Shown here in pieces: positions 22,234-30,604 of a stretch of DNA of 64,000 bases. The stretch is from Candidatus Limnocylindria bacterium. GTDB taxonomy: Bacteria > Chloroflexota > Limnocylindria > QHBO01. A model generated the notes under the pieces. The model was given only the letters and a program-made list of their open reading frames with translations. It did not search any database and was not told where the DNA came from. The translations under genes were made by a program, and so were the position numbers. The stretch lies in NCBI GenBank assembly GCA_036560105.1, contig DATBRU010000019.1:22252-86251 (forward strand), given 5' to 3'. Within the stretch, counting starts at the first letter, position 1. Every line of letters starts with the position of its first letter.

Positions 22234-23703
22234 ATGAACGACGAAGCGCGACCGCAACAGCAGCGGCGGCGTTCTCGACGCCGACCCGACAACGCCCCGC
22301 GTCGCCAGAATCAGCGCGGAGGGTTCACCCCGCGCCGGCGCAACGACTACGCGTCGGGCCAGTACTCGTCGATCTTCACCGGCCCGTTCCCGACCGATGC
22401 CGACGACGAGGGGCTCAACCTGGCCGACCTCCAGGCCAAGTCGATCGACGAGCTGCGCGAGCTGGCCGGCGAGCACGAGATCGCCGGATACGAGGAGCTG
22501 GAGCATTCGGACCTTGTGCTCAAGCTGCTCGATGTTGTGCCGCTCGCGCCGAACACGCCGCCGGATCGCAACGGCCAGCCGGGCACCGCGGATGGCGTCC
22601 TGGAGATCGTTGACGAAGGCTTCGGGTTCCTCCGCGTCAACGGGGTCATGCCATCGGGCCAGGACATCTACGTCAGCTCGTCGCAGGTGCGCCGCTTCGG
22701 CCTGCGCACCGGCGATCGGGTCACCGGCCAGACGCGCCAACCAAAGGACCAGGAGAAGTACTGGGGCATGCTCCGCGTCGACAGCGTCAACGGCGTCGAG
22801 CCGGAGATCGCCAAGCGTCGCCCGACATTCGACTCGCTGGTGCCGGTCTTCCCCGACGACATGTTCGACCTGGAGACCGACCAGAAGAACCTGACCCAGC
22901 GCCTCATCAACCTCATCAGCCCCATCGGCAAGGGGCAGCGCGGCCTGATCCTGTCGCCGGCCAAGGCCGGCAAGACGACCGTGCTCAAGCACATCGCCGC
23001 CGGGATCACCGAAAACAACCCCGAGGCCCACCTCATGGTCGCGCTGATCGGCGAGCGGCCCGAGGAAGTCACCGACATGCAGCGCAGCGTCGACGGCGAG
23101 ATCTACTCCTCGACCTTCGATGAGCCGACCGAGAACCACACGCGCGTCGCGGAGATGTGTCTCGAGATCGCCAAGCGGCAGGTCGAGACGGGGCGTGACG
23201 TGGTCATCCTGCTCGACTCGATCACCCGCCTGGCTCGCGCCTACAACCTGGCCCTGCCGGCATCGGGCAAGACCCTTTCGGGCGGCGTGGATCCCGTCGC
23301 GCTCTATCCGCCGAAGCGATTCTTCGGGGCGGCTCGGAACATCGAGGGCGGTGGGTCGCTCACGATCATCGCCACCTGCCTGGTCGATACCGGGTCGCGC
23401 ATGGACGATGTCATCTACGAGGAGTTCAAGGGCACCGGCAACATGGAGCTGGCGCTCGATCGCAAGCTGAGCGAGAAGCGGATCTTCCCCGCCATCGACG
23501 TGCTGCGATCCGGCACCCGGCGCGAGGAGCTGCTGCTCGACGAGAACGAGCTGCGGATGGTGTGGACCATGCGTCGCATGCTCAGCGCGCTCGGCCCGAA
23601 CGAGGGGATCGAGCTGCTCATGCAGCGCCTGGGCAAGACCAAGGACAACGCGGAGTTCCTCGTCTCCCTCTCGAAGAGCGTCGAAGCCTCCGAACGCCCC
23701 TAG
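22234..23703 (+). CDS. rho: transcription termination factor Rho
   Basis: Walker [19 protein letters not shown] and an RG/RQ-rich N-terminal extension. The RNA-binding region was not checked by motif; Q/R-loop motifs were not located. Confidence 0.9.
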   Translation: MNDEARPQQQRRRSRRRPDNAPRRQNQRGGFTPRRRNDYASGQYSSIFTGPFPTDADDEGLNLADLQAKSIDELRELAGEHEIAGYEELEHSDLVLKLLDVVPLAPNTPPDRNGQPGTADGVLEIVDEGFGFLRVNGVMPSGQDIYVSSSQVRRFGLRTGDRVTGQTRQPKDQEKYWGMLRVDSVNGVEPEIAKRRPTFDSLVPVFPDDMFDLETDQKNLTQRLINLISPIGKGQRGLILSPAKAGKTTVLKHIAAGITENNPEAHLMVALIGERPEEVTDMQRSVDGEIYSSTFDEPTENHTRVAEMCLEIAKRQVETGRDVVILLDSITRLARAYNLALPASGKTLSGGVDPVALYPPKRFFGAARNIEGGGSLTIIATCLVDTGSRMDDVIYEEFKGTGNMELALDRKLSEKRIFPAIDVLRSGTRREELLLDENELRMVWTMRRMLSALGPNEGIELLMQRLGKTKDNAEFLVSLSKSVEASERP

Positions 23704-23715
23704 CGTCCGAGGCCC

Positions 23716-25080
23716 ATGGCGCAACGCCTTCTCCCATGCCTCTCGGTCGCGCTCGTCGCTGGCCTCGCCGCCTGCAGCAGCGGCACGCCGTCTCCCAGCG
23801 CCGTGCCCTCGATCGTACCGACCGAACATGCCACCCCGACCCCGAGCCCGAGCCCGAGCGCTGGATCGGTCGAGCCGGCCCCCGGCTCTGACAGCTCGGT
23901 ATACGCTCCGAATCCCGGGGCGATCGTCGTGGCCATCGACGCCGGACACGGAGGCTGCCTCGACTGGGGTGTCCCTGACCCATCGGAGCGCGGCGTCGAG
24001 CTGGCCGAGAAGACACTGACCCTCGCCATCGCCCAGCGCCTCCGCGACCGGCTGACCGCCGAGGGGGTCGTCGTGCTCATGATCCGCGACGACGACGAGG
24101 CCCTGGCCGGCGATGAGTATCCGAACCTCGGATGCACCGGCCCGCCGTGGCGTGATGTTGACGGCGACGGGCAGTCCGGCTTCGAGGAGAGCGGCCGCAT
24201 TCGCACCCGCGATGAGCTCCAGGCAAGGATCGACCTGGCCAACCTCGCCATGGCCGACGCATTCGTCAGCATCCACATCAACTCCCTGACGCAGGACGGC
24301 GTCGTCTTCGAGATCGCCGCCACGCAGACCTTCTACGACGACGAGACGCCGTGGGGTCCCGCCAGCGGCGCCCTGGCCGATGCGCTCCAGTCCGGCGTCG
24401 TGGCGGCCATCGAGCCTCTCGCGGACTACGACCGGGAAGACCGCGACACCGATGCGGTTGCCTTCTACGTGATCAGCCGCACCTGGCAGGACGGCGACAC
24501 CTGCGAAACGCCCGGCGACACGTGGTGCAAGCCACACCGAGGGCTCGCCATGCCCGGTGCGCTGGCCGAGGTCGGATCGATCACCCTGCGCGAGGAGCAC
24601 GACCTGCTCGCGTCCGCCGAGGGCCAGGATGCCATCGCGGACGGGCTCTTCGATGGCGTCGCCGAGTTCCTGGCGGGGCGCGAGCTGGCCGCACGCATCG
24701 GCCTCGACGGGGAGGCGCCGGGAACCGTGCCGGCGCCCGCCGATGGGCTCGGTCCGCCGTTCATTGCCCCGGTTGGCCCCACGGCCCCGGTGCGGCTGCG
24801 GCTCACCAATACCGGAGTGGGCCAATGGCCGCCCGGCGTCGAACTGGTCGCGGGGTGGGAAGTGTCCGACCTCCCGTACCTCGCCGCCGAACCGGCCACG
24901 CTCTCGCCGCTTTCGGCCGAGATCCCGCGCCTCGCGCCCGGCGAGTCGGTCGTCGTCCAGATCACCCTTCCCGACGCTCCGCAGGAGCGATCGATCGCCT
25001 GGATCACCCTGCGCGCCGATGGCCGCCCGATGAGCGACATCGGCTCGGCGGCCATGCAGGTCATCAGCGAAGCCGACTGA
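23716..25080 (+). CDS. N-acetylmuramoyl-L-alanine amidase (Amidase_3) lipoprotein
   Basis: Lipobox LAAC|SSG; VVAIDAGHGG...; SIHINS catalytic-region motifs. Confidence 0.8.
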   Translation: MAQRLLPCLSVALVAGLAACSSGTPSPSAVPSIVPTEHATPTPSPSPSAGSVEPAPGSDSSVYAPNPGAIVVAIDAGHGGCLDWGVPDPSERGVELAEKTLTLAIAQRLRDRLTAEGVVVLMIRDDDEALAGDEYPNLGCTGPPWRDVDGDGQSGFEESGRIRTRDELQARIDLANLAMADAFVSIHINSLTQDGVVFEIAATQTFYDDETPWGPASGALADALQSGVVAAIEPLADYDREDRDTDAVAFYVISRTWQDGDTCETPGDTWCKPHRGLAMPGALAEVGSITLREEHDLLASAEGQDAIADGLFDGVAEFLAGRELAARIGLDGEAPGTVPAPADGLGPPFIAPVGPTAPVRLRLTNTGVGQWPPGVELVAGWEVSDLPYLAAEPATLSPLSAEIPRLAPGESVVVQITLPDAPQERSIAWITLRADGRPMSDIGSAAMQVISEAD

Positions 25081-25354
25081 ACCCATCCGCACCCCCCTCG
25101 GGTGTGGCTCCTTCGTACTTGCCGATCGGGTGGTCGGAAAGTGGGTTGCCCCGACTCGTGACGCGCTGGTACCATTCGCGAGGCTTGTCGTCCGCCATCG
25201 GCCGCCGGGAGAGCAATCCGAGTCGGATTGGATCGATGCGAGGACCGAGCCACGCGCTTATTTAGGACCACCCCGTGTAGGCGGAGATCGACTCCTATTG
25301 CCTGATCCGCGTCAGCTCGTTCGCCGCATCGGTCAGAGCACCCTCCCGACACGG

Positions 25355-26107
25355 GTGATCGCCCACGTTTCGGTCGTGAGCCTCGTGGTCGTCGCCTCGC
25401 TCGGTGCCCTGACGAGCACACACGGCACCGATGGCGCGGGTCCCACATCCGACGCAGCCTTCATCGCCCTCATCTCGCAGGCGCGTGGCGCGGCGGCCCC
25501 GAGCAACGAGCTCGGCTCGGCGCAGTACGACACCGAGCTGCTTGGCGAGGACTACACGACACTCATCGACCGCGGGGCCTCGGCCAGCCAGGACGGCGCC
25601 GAGACGACCGACGCGTCACCGCTCGCCACGCCGGTGCCGATCGATCCGTCCGCGACGCCGCTCGCAGCGCCCACCGGCAGCAGCATTGGCTCAACGTCCC
25701 GGGCGGGGACCGCGCCGACCGTTCGCGTCGCGCAGCCCGTCCCGACCAACGGCGCGCTGGTGTGGCCGGTCATCGGCGGCTCGATCAGCCAGTACTACCA
25801 CGCCGGCCACCTGGCCCTCGACATCGCCGCTCCGTACGGCGCGACCGTGGTGGCGGCTAAGGCCGGCACGGTGACGTGGGCCGGCTGGCGGAACAACGGC
25901 GGCGGCTACGTGATCGCCATCGACCATGGCGGCGGGATGCAGACGGTCTACAACCACCTTGGCGGCATCTGGGTCGGCGTCGGCACGCCGGTCGCTGCCG
26001 GGCAGGCGATCGGTGGCGTCGGCTGCACCGGCACCTGCACCGGTCCGCACGTCCACTTCGAGGTCATCGTGAACGGGATCATCGATAACCCGCTGCGGTA
26101 CCTATAG
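25355..26107 (+). CDS. M23 family peptidase (LytM-like)
   Basis: C-terminal HxxxD / HxH-type motifs (GHLALDIAAPYG...; GPHVHFEV). The start was placed at an in-frame GTG before the hydrophobic anchor VIAHVSVVSLVVVASLGALT because codons 25130-25354 have atypically low GC3 and rare codons. The start is uncertain. Confidence 0.7.
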   Translation: MIAHVSVVSLVVVASLGALTSTHGTDGAGPTSDAAFIALISQARGAAAPSNELGSAQYDTELLGEDYTTLIDRGASASQDGAETTDASPLATPVPIDPSATPLAAPTGSSIGSTSRAGTAPTVRVAQPVPTNGALVWPVIGGSISQYYHAGHLALDIAAPYGATVVAAKAGTVTWAGWRNNGGGYVIAIDHGGGMQTVYNHLGGIWVGVGTPVAAGQAIGGVGCTGTCTGPHVHFEVIVNGIIDNPLRYL

Positions 26108-26163
26108 GTCGCCCTCCCATTCGGCGTATATACGTATATACTCCACGTCGATAGAATTCGCCG

Positions 26164-27435
26164 ATGACCAGCTTCGCTGACCGCGCGCGCATCCTCGTCG
26201 GCGCCGGAGCGGGCGGCGACGGTGCGAGCACCTTCCGGCGCGAGGCCCACGTCCCGCGCGGCGGACCTGACGGCGGTGACGGGGGCTCAGGCGGCGATGT
26301 GATCCTGGTCGTGGAGCCCGGCATGACGACGCTCGGCGACTTCAAGCGCAAGCGCCACTTCCGCGCGAAGCCCGGCGGTCGCGGAATGGGTCGCAAGGCC
26401 CATGGCCGCAGCTCCGACGATGTCCTGCTGCGCGTCCCACCCGGCACGGTCGTGCGCAGCCACCCCGACGGTGCCTGGCTGGGCGATCTCCTCGAGGCCG
26501 ATACGCGCCTGGTGGTCGCACGAGGCGGCCGGGGCGGCCGCGGCAATGCCCGGTTCGCCACTTCGACGAATCGCGCGCCGACGCACTTCGAAAAGGGCAC
26601 ACCGGGGGAGGAGCGCTGGATCGAGCTCGAGCTGAAGCTCATTGCCGACATCGGCCTGGTCGGCGCGCCGAATGCCGGCAAGTCGACCCTCCTCGCCGCA
26701 CTGACCGACGCGCGCCCCGAGGTGGGGGACTACCCCTTCACCACGGTCACGCCGAACCTCGGCGTCATCACCCTTGACCCGGACGGCGAGCGGACCGCGG
26801 TGATCGCCGATGTGCCGGGCCTCATCGAGGGCGCACACGAGGGGCGCGGCCTGGGCCACCACTTCCTGCGCCACGTCGAGCGTACCCGCGTCATCGTCGG
26901 GGTCGTCGATGGCGCGGCGGGCGACCCGCTCGCCGAGTGGGAAGCGGTCGCCGACGAGCTGCGCCACCACGACCCGGCGCTGATGGAACGGCCCATGCCA
27001 CTCGTCGTCACCAAGCTCGATCTGCCCGAGGCCCGGGACCGCTGGGCTGAGCTCCGGAGCCAGCTGTCGGATGCCCTTGGCGTGAGCGCCCATGACGGGA
27101 CCGGCCTCGACGCGCTCCGGGCGCGCCTGGCGGCCGCCCTCGACGCGGCGGCCATCGGTGAGGCGGCCACGCCCTCGGAGGAGATGCTCGTCCATCGGTT
27201 CGACCCTCTTGCGTCGGGCTGGGAGGTGGTCGCCGAGCGCGGAGACCTGCGGATCCGCGGACGTCGCATCGAGATTGCCGCCTCGCGCACCGACTTCACC
27301 AACGACGAGTCCCGTGATCGCTTCTGGGGCCTGGTCGAGCGGCTCGGGATCGACGACGAGCTGCGTCGCCAGGGGGCGGGACCCGGCACGACCGTTCATA
27401 TCGGCGCGACCGAGCTCGAGTGGGGCGACGAATGA
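26164..27435 (+). CDS. obg: GTPase Obg/CgtA
   Basis: Glycine-rich Obg fold (GGDGGSGGDV); G-motifs GAPNAGKST and DVPG. Confidence 0.9.
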   Translation: MTSFADRARILVGAGAGGDGASTFRREAHVPRGGPDGGDGGSGGDVILVVEPGMTTLGDFKRKRHFRAKPGGRGMGRKAHGRSSDDVLLRVPPGTVVRSHPDGAWLGDLLEADTRLVVARGGRGGRGNARFATSTNRAPTHFEKGTPGEERWIELELKLIADIGLVGAPNAGKSTLLAALTDARPEVGDYPFTTVTPNLGVITLDPDGERTAVIADVPGLIEGAHEGRGLGHHFLRHVERTRVIVGVVDGAAGDPLAEWEAVADELRHHDPALMERPMPLVVTKLDLPEARDRWAELRSQLSDALGVSAHDGTGLDALRARLAAALDAAAIGEAATPSEEMLVHRFDPLASGWEVVAERGDLRIRGRRIEIAASRTDFTNDESRDRFWGLVERLGIDDELRRQGAGPGTTVHIGATELEWGDE

Positions 27436-28094
27436 CGCTCGCGTTCACCGCGTCGGAGCCGATGCGCGAGACGGTCTCACGACTGCCGCGGCGCATCGGG
27501 ATCCTGGGCGGCACGTTCGATCCGCCGCACATCGGCCACCTGTGGCTGGCAACGCTCGCGGCGGACGCCATCGGCCTCGACCGTGTGCTCCTCATGCCCG
27601 CCTCGCAGCCGCCGCACAAGGGCGGCGACCTGGTGACGAAGGCCACCGATCGGGTGCTGATGACGCGCCTGGCGGTTGCCGGCGACGACCTGCTCGAGCT
27701 CACCCTGATCGAGATGGAGCGGCCCGGCCCGTCGTTCACGATCGACAGCGTTGACGAGCTGCTGCGCACCTACGGGACCGATGCGACCCTCTACCTGCTC
27801 ATGGCCGCCGACTCGCTGGCGCAGATCGACACCTGGCGCGAGCCCGATGCACTGCTGGGGCGGATCGAGTGGGTCGTCGGTCCGCGTCCGGGCAACCCGG
27901 TGCCGGAGCGGTCGGTGCTGGAGGATCGGTTCGGAGCGAACGCGTCCCGGATCCACCTGCTGGCCGGGCCATCGCTCGACGTGAGCAGCTCCGAGATCCG
28001 GCGCCGGGTGGCGGCCGGGAAGGCCATCCGGTACCTTGTCCCACGCGGCGTCGAGGAGCTCATCGTCGAGCGCGGGCTCTACCGCCGCGGATGA
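27432..28094 (+). CDS. nadD: nicotinate-nucleotide adenylyltransferase
   Basis: GGTFDPPHIGH (HxGH) motif. ATGA overlap with the obg stop. Confidence 0.85.
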   Translation: MTLAFTASEPMRETVSRLPRRIGILGGTFDPPHIGHLWLATLAADAIGLDRVLLMPASQPPHKGGDLVTKATDRVLMTRLAVAGDDLLELTLIEMERPGPSFTIDSVDELLRTYGTDATLYLLMAADSLAQIDTWREPDALLGRIEWVVGPRPGNPVPERSVLEDRFGANASRIHLLAGPSLDVSSSEIRRRVAAGKAIRYLVPRGVEELIVERGLYRRG

Positions 28095-28483
28095 AGGAGC
28101 AGCCCAACCTGACCGATCCGGAGCGCGTGGAGATCCCGACCGATGCGTCCGAGCTGGCCCATCGGATCGTCGAGATCGCGTCCGACAAGAAGGGCGCCGA
28201 CATCGTCCTGCTACGCACGGCAGAGCTGACGACGATGGCCGACTTCTTCGTCATCTGTTCAGGCCGCAGCGATCGCCAGATCCAGGCGTTGGCCGGCGCC
28301 ATCGTCGACGAGCTGCGTGACGAGGGTATCCGTCCGCTCGGAACCGAGGGCCGCCAATCGGCGCGCTGGGTGCTCCTGGACTACGGCACGGTCATCGTCC
28401 ATGTCTTCGCCCCCGAGGAGCGCGAGTTCTACGGCCTCGAGCGCCTGTGGAGCAAGGCCACCCAGGTCGTCCGCGTCGTCTGA
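28091..28483 (+). CDS. rsfS: ribosomal silencing factor RsfS (Iojap)
   Basis: ...KKGADIVLLRTAELTTMADFFVICSG...WVLLDYGTVIVHVF. ATGA overlap with the nadD stop; classic nadD-rsfS pairing. Confidence 0.85.
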   Translation: MKEQPNLTDPERVEIPTDASELAHRIVEIASDKKGADIVLLRTAELTTMADFFVICSGRSDRQIQALAGAIVDELRDEGIRPLGTEGRQSARWVLLDYGTVIVHVFAPEEREFYGLERLWSKATQVVRVV

Positions 28484-28566
28484 CCGCCGGAAGTACTGTC
28501 GGCGTCAAGGGGCATGGCCCATCGGTCCCATTGAGACCGGGGCCGCCGATTCGCATATTCGCTGCC

Positions 28567-28836
28567 ATGACAGCGCGACGTGCCCGACCGATCGAAACCT
28601 GCCGCTTCTGCAGCGGATCGCTCCTGACGAGCGTCTTCGACACGGTCTTTCGCGATCCCGAGGCCGAGGAGCGACTCTTCTTCGCCATCCCCGGCGCGCT
28701 GTGCGTGCCGTGCCGCCAGCTCTACGTCGATCAGCAGCTGATCGGCATCCTGGGTCTCGACGGCGCACGCTGCACGTTCGCGATCGAATCGGATCGCGTC
28801 CTCGCCGGCCACGCCGGCCAGGCTCCCGCCGCCTAG
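28567..28836 (+). CDS. small Cys4 (zinc-ribbon-like) hypothetical protein, 89 aa
   Basis: CRFCSG ... CVPCRQ pairs; GC3 about 85%. The start was chosen at an internal ATG because the track ORF begins inside rsfS in another frame. Confidence 0.4.
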   Translation: MTARRARPIETCRFCSGSLLTSVFDTVFRDPEAEERLFFAIPGALCVPCRQLYVDQQLIGILGLDGARCTFAIESDRVLAGHAGQAPAA

Positions 28837-29021
28837 CCCGCCGGGCCTGGCGTTCCGCGCGTTCCACGCCCCGGTTGTTGCACCCGGCGACACTAAAGCC
28901 GAAGGAGCCCTCGTTCGCTCGTCCTGTGTTGCATGGGCTGAGAGCCACCTGGGCTGGGGCAGCGGCCCCGCGGGGTTAGTTCCACCCGGTGCAATTCCGT
29001 GCCGGCATGAGGCGCCGGAGG

Positions 29022-30050
29022 CTAGGACCGCCGTGGTGCCAGCAGGTGCTCGCCCATCCACGCTGCCAGCGCCGGCTCCTCGCCCATGACGTTGGTCTTG
29101 ATCGCCAGGTCGGCCTCGAACAGGCCGGTGAGCATCGCCTCCAGCTCCTCGCCCCGATAGCGCCGCGCGGCCTCAACCAACCGCTCTGCCACGCGTGTGT
29201 TCCCGCGCGCGACGCGCTTCGCGATCTCGTTCGGCGGCACCTTCCTTGCCGCCAGGTCGCGTGCGACGATCAGGTCGCTGACCCGCCCCGACAGCGAGGC
29301 GAGGATCCGCAGCCCAGGTTGGCCCTCGGCCAGCGCGCGCCGCAGCGCCTCGGCCGCCGCGGCGGGCTCGCGGCGGTCGACCGCGTTCGTGATGGCGAAG
29401 ACCGATGCCGGCCGCGTATCGGGGCTGACGGCTTCCACGTCATCGGCGGTGATCGGCCGGTCCCCGGCATAGGTGGCGAGCTTGCGGAGCTCGGAATCGG
29501 CGATCCGCGTCATCTCGCCGCGCTCGATGTCGGTCTCCCAGATGGCTCCGCCGATGCGCTCGGCCAGGACGTGCGCCGCGCGCACCTCGATGGGAACGCC
29601 GATCCGCGCCGCATGGGCGGTGATCCAGCCGCGCAGCTCGTTGCGCCGGGGGGCCAGGTGCTCCTCGACGCGCCCGCCGCGGGCCGTCACCGCGCCCGCC
29701 AGGCGCTTGAGCAGGGCAGGTGGCTTCGTGATGTCGCGCGATGGCCGTTCCTCGACCAGCGCAAGCGCCGACCCGTCCGGCAGGTCCGTCACCAGGGCCA
29801 GCAGCCGGTCTGCGGCGGCGGTCGCGCGGCCCGCGGCGCGCAGGGGCTGGCGGAGGACGGCGAGGTGGGTGCCGAACATCGTCATCGTGCCCGACTCGAG
29901 CCGCGCCCGATCGATGGCCGCCTCATCGGGCGAACCGACCGGGATGACATCGGCGCGATCGCTCGCGTCGATCTTGGTGGCAAACTCGCGCACAGCGGCA
30001 TCGAGGCCGAAGCCGTCGTCACCGTGCACCAGCAGGAGTGGCGCGTTCAT
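29022..30050 (-). CDS. holA: DNA polymerase III delta subunit
   Basis: Length and position downstream of comEC. The start at MNAPLLLVHGDD overlaps the HD-gene stop (ATGA). Confidence 0.75.
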   Translation of the reverse strand: MNAPLLLVHGDDGFGLDAAVREFATKIDASDRADVIPVGSPDEAAIDRARLESGTMTMFGTHLAVLRQPLRAAGRATAAADRLLALVTDLPDGSALALVEERPSRDITKPPALLKRLAGAVTARGGRVEEHLAPRRNELRGWITAHAARIGVPIEVRAAHVLAERIGGAIWETDIERGEMTRIADSELRKLATYAGDRPITADDVEAVSPDTRPASVFAITNAVDRREPAAAAEALRRALAEGQPGLRILASLSGRVSDLIVARDLAARKVPPNEIAKRVARGNTRVAERLVEAARRYRGEELEAMLTGLFEADLAIKTNVMGEEPALAAWMGEHLLAPRRS

Positions 30051-30604
30051 GCGCCGGCCTCCCACGCTGCTCGCAGCCGCTCGATCAGATCGTCGACGGA
30101 CAAGCCGGTCGCGTCGGCGAGCTCCGCCTCGAGGGCGTGGGCGGGCCGTCGCGCCGATTCGATCTCGGCGACGTACTCGGGATGGCGTTGCTGCATGTCG
30201 TCCAGGCGCTCGTCGACGGTCAGGAACTCCTGTGCCACGTGCCGGTCGGCCACGGCCACGAGGACCGAGGGCCAGCCGATCGGGAAGCGGTCGTCATCGA
30301 GCAGCGCGGTCACCGGGTGGGAGGCGACCGGCATCGCGAGCTCCTCGTATCCGGCAGCTTCGAGCCGCCGCGCGCCGACGATCCCGTGCTCGCCCCCCGA
30401 GCGCCGGATCTCGACCTTGTCGATGTCGTGCAGGAGTGCCGCTGCCTCGACCAGCGCGCCGTCGACCGGGATCGACGCCTCGGCGACGAGCCCTGCCGCG
30501 GCCACGGCCACGCGGGCGACCCCGCGCGAATGGACCACGATCCCGTCGGGCAGTCCGGCCTCGTCGAGCAGGCGGAGCGCGGTGAATCGATCCGGAACGG
30601 CCAC
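30047..30604 (-). CDS. HD-domain phosphohydrolase
   Basis: H...HD motif (IVVHSRGV...ALLHDIDK). Its N-terminal 295 nt overlap the comEC ORF in another frame. Confidence 0.65.
   Translation of the reverse strand: MAVPDRFTALRLLDEAGLPDGIVVHSRGVARVAVAAAGLVAEASIPVDGALVEAAALLHDIDKVEIRRSGGEHGIVGARRLEAAGYEELAMPVASHPVTALLDDDRFPIGWPSVLVAVADRHVAQEFLTVDERLDDMQQRHPEYVAEIESARRPAHALEAELADATGLSVDDLIERLRAAWEAGA

Noticed and set aside
22138-25092. 984-aa ORF on the minus strand
   Set aside because: It is antisense to the clearly recognisable rho and amidase genes, and its translation is low-complexity R/G/D-rich. It is a typical high-GC shadow ORF.
25081-25354. Assigning the M23 leader specifically as a ydaO/c-di-AMP riboswitch
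   Set aside because: The ACGGGG/CCGAA consensus elements were not identifiable on the sense strand by eye. It is retained only as a generic candidate leader pending an Rfam scan.
28866-29000. Possible SRP RNA or RNase P RNA in the rsfS-holA gap
   Set aside because: Only partial resemblance (GCCGAAGGAGCC) to the SRP domain IV motif. I could not find the conserved GGAAGG/AGCA context or RNase P signatures, so it is kept only as a low-interest unassigned region.
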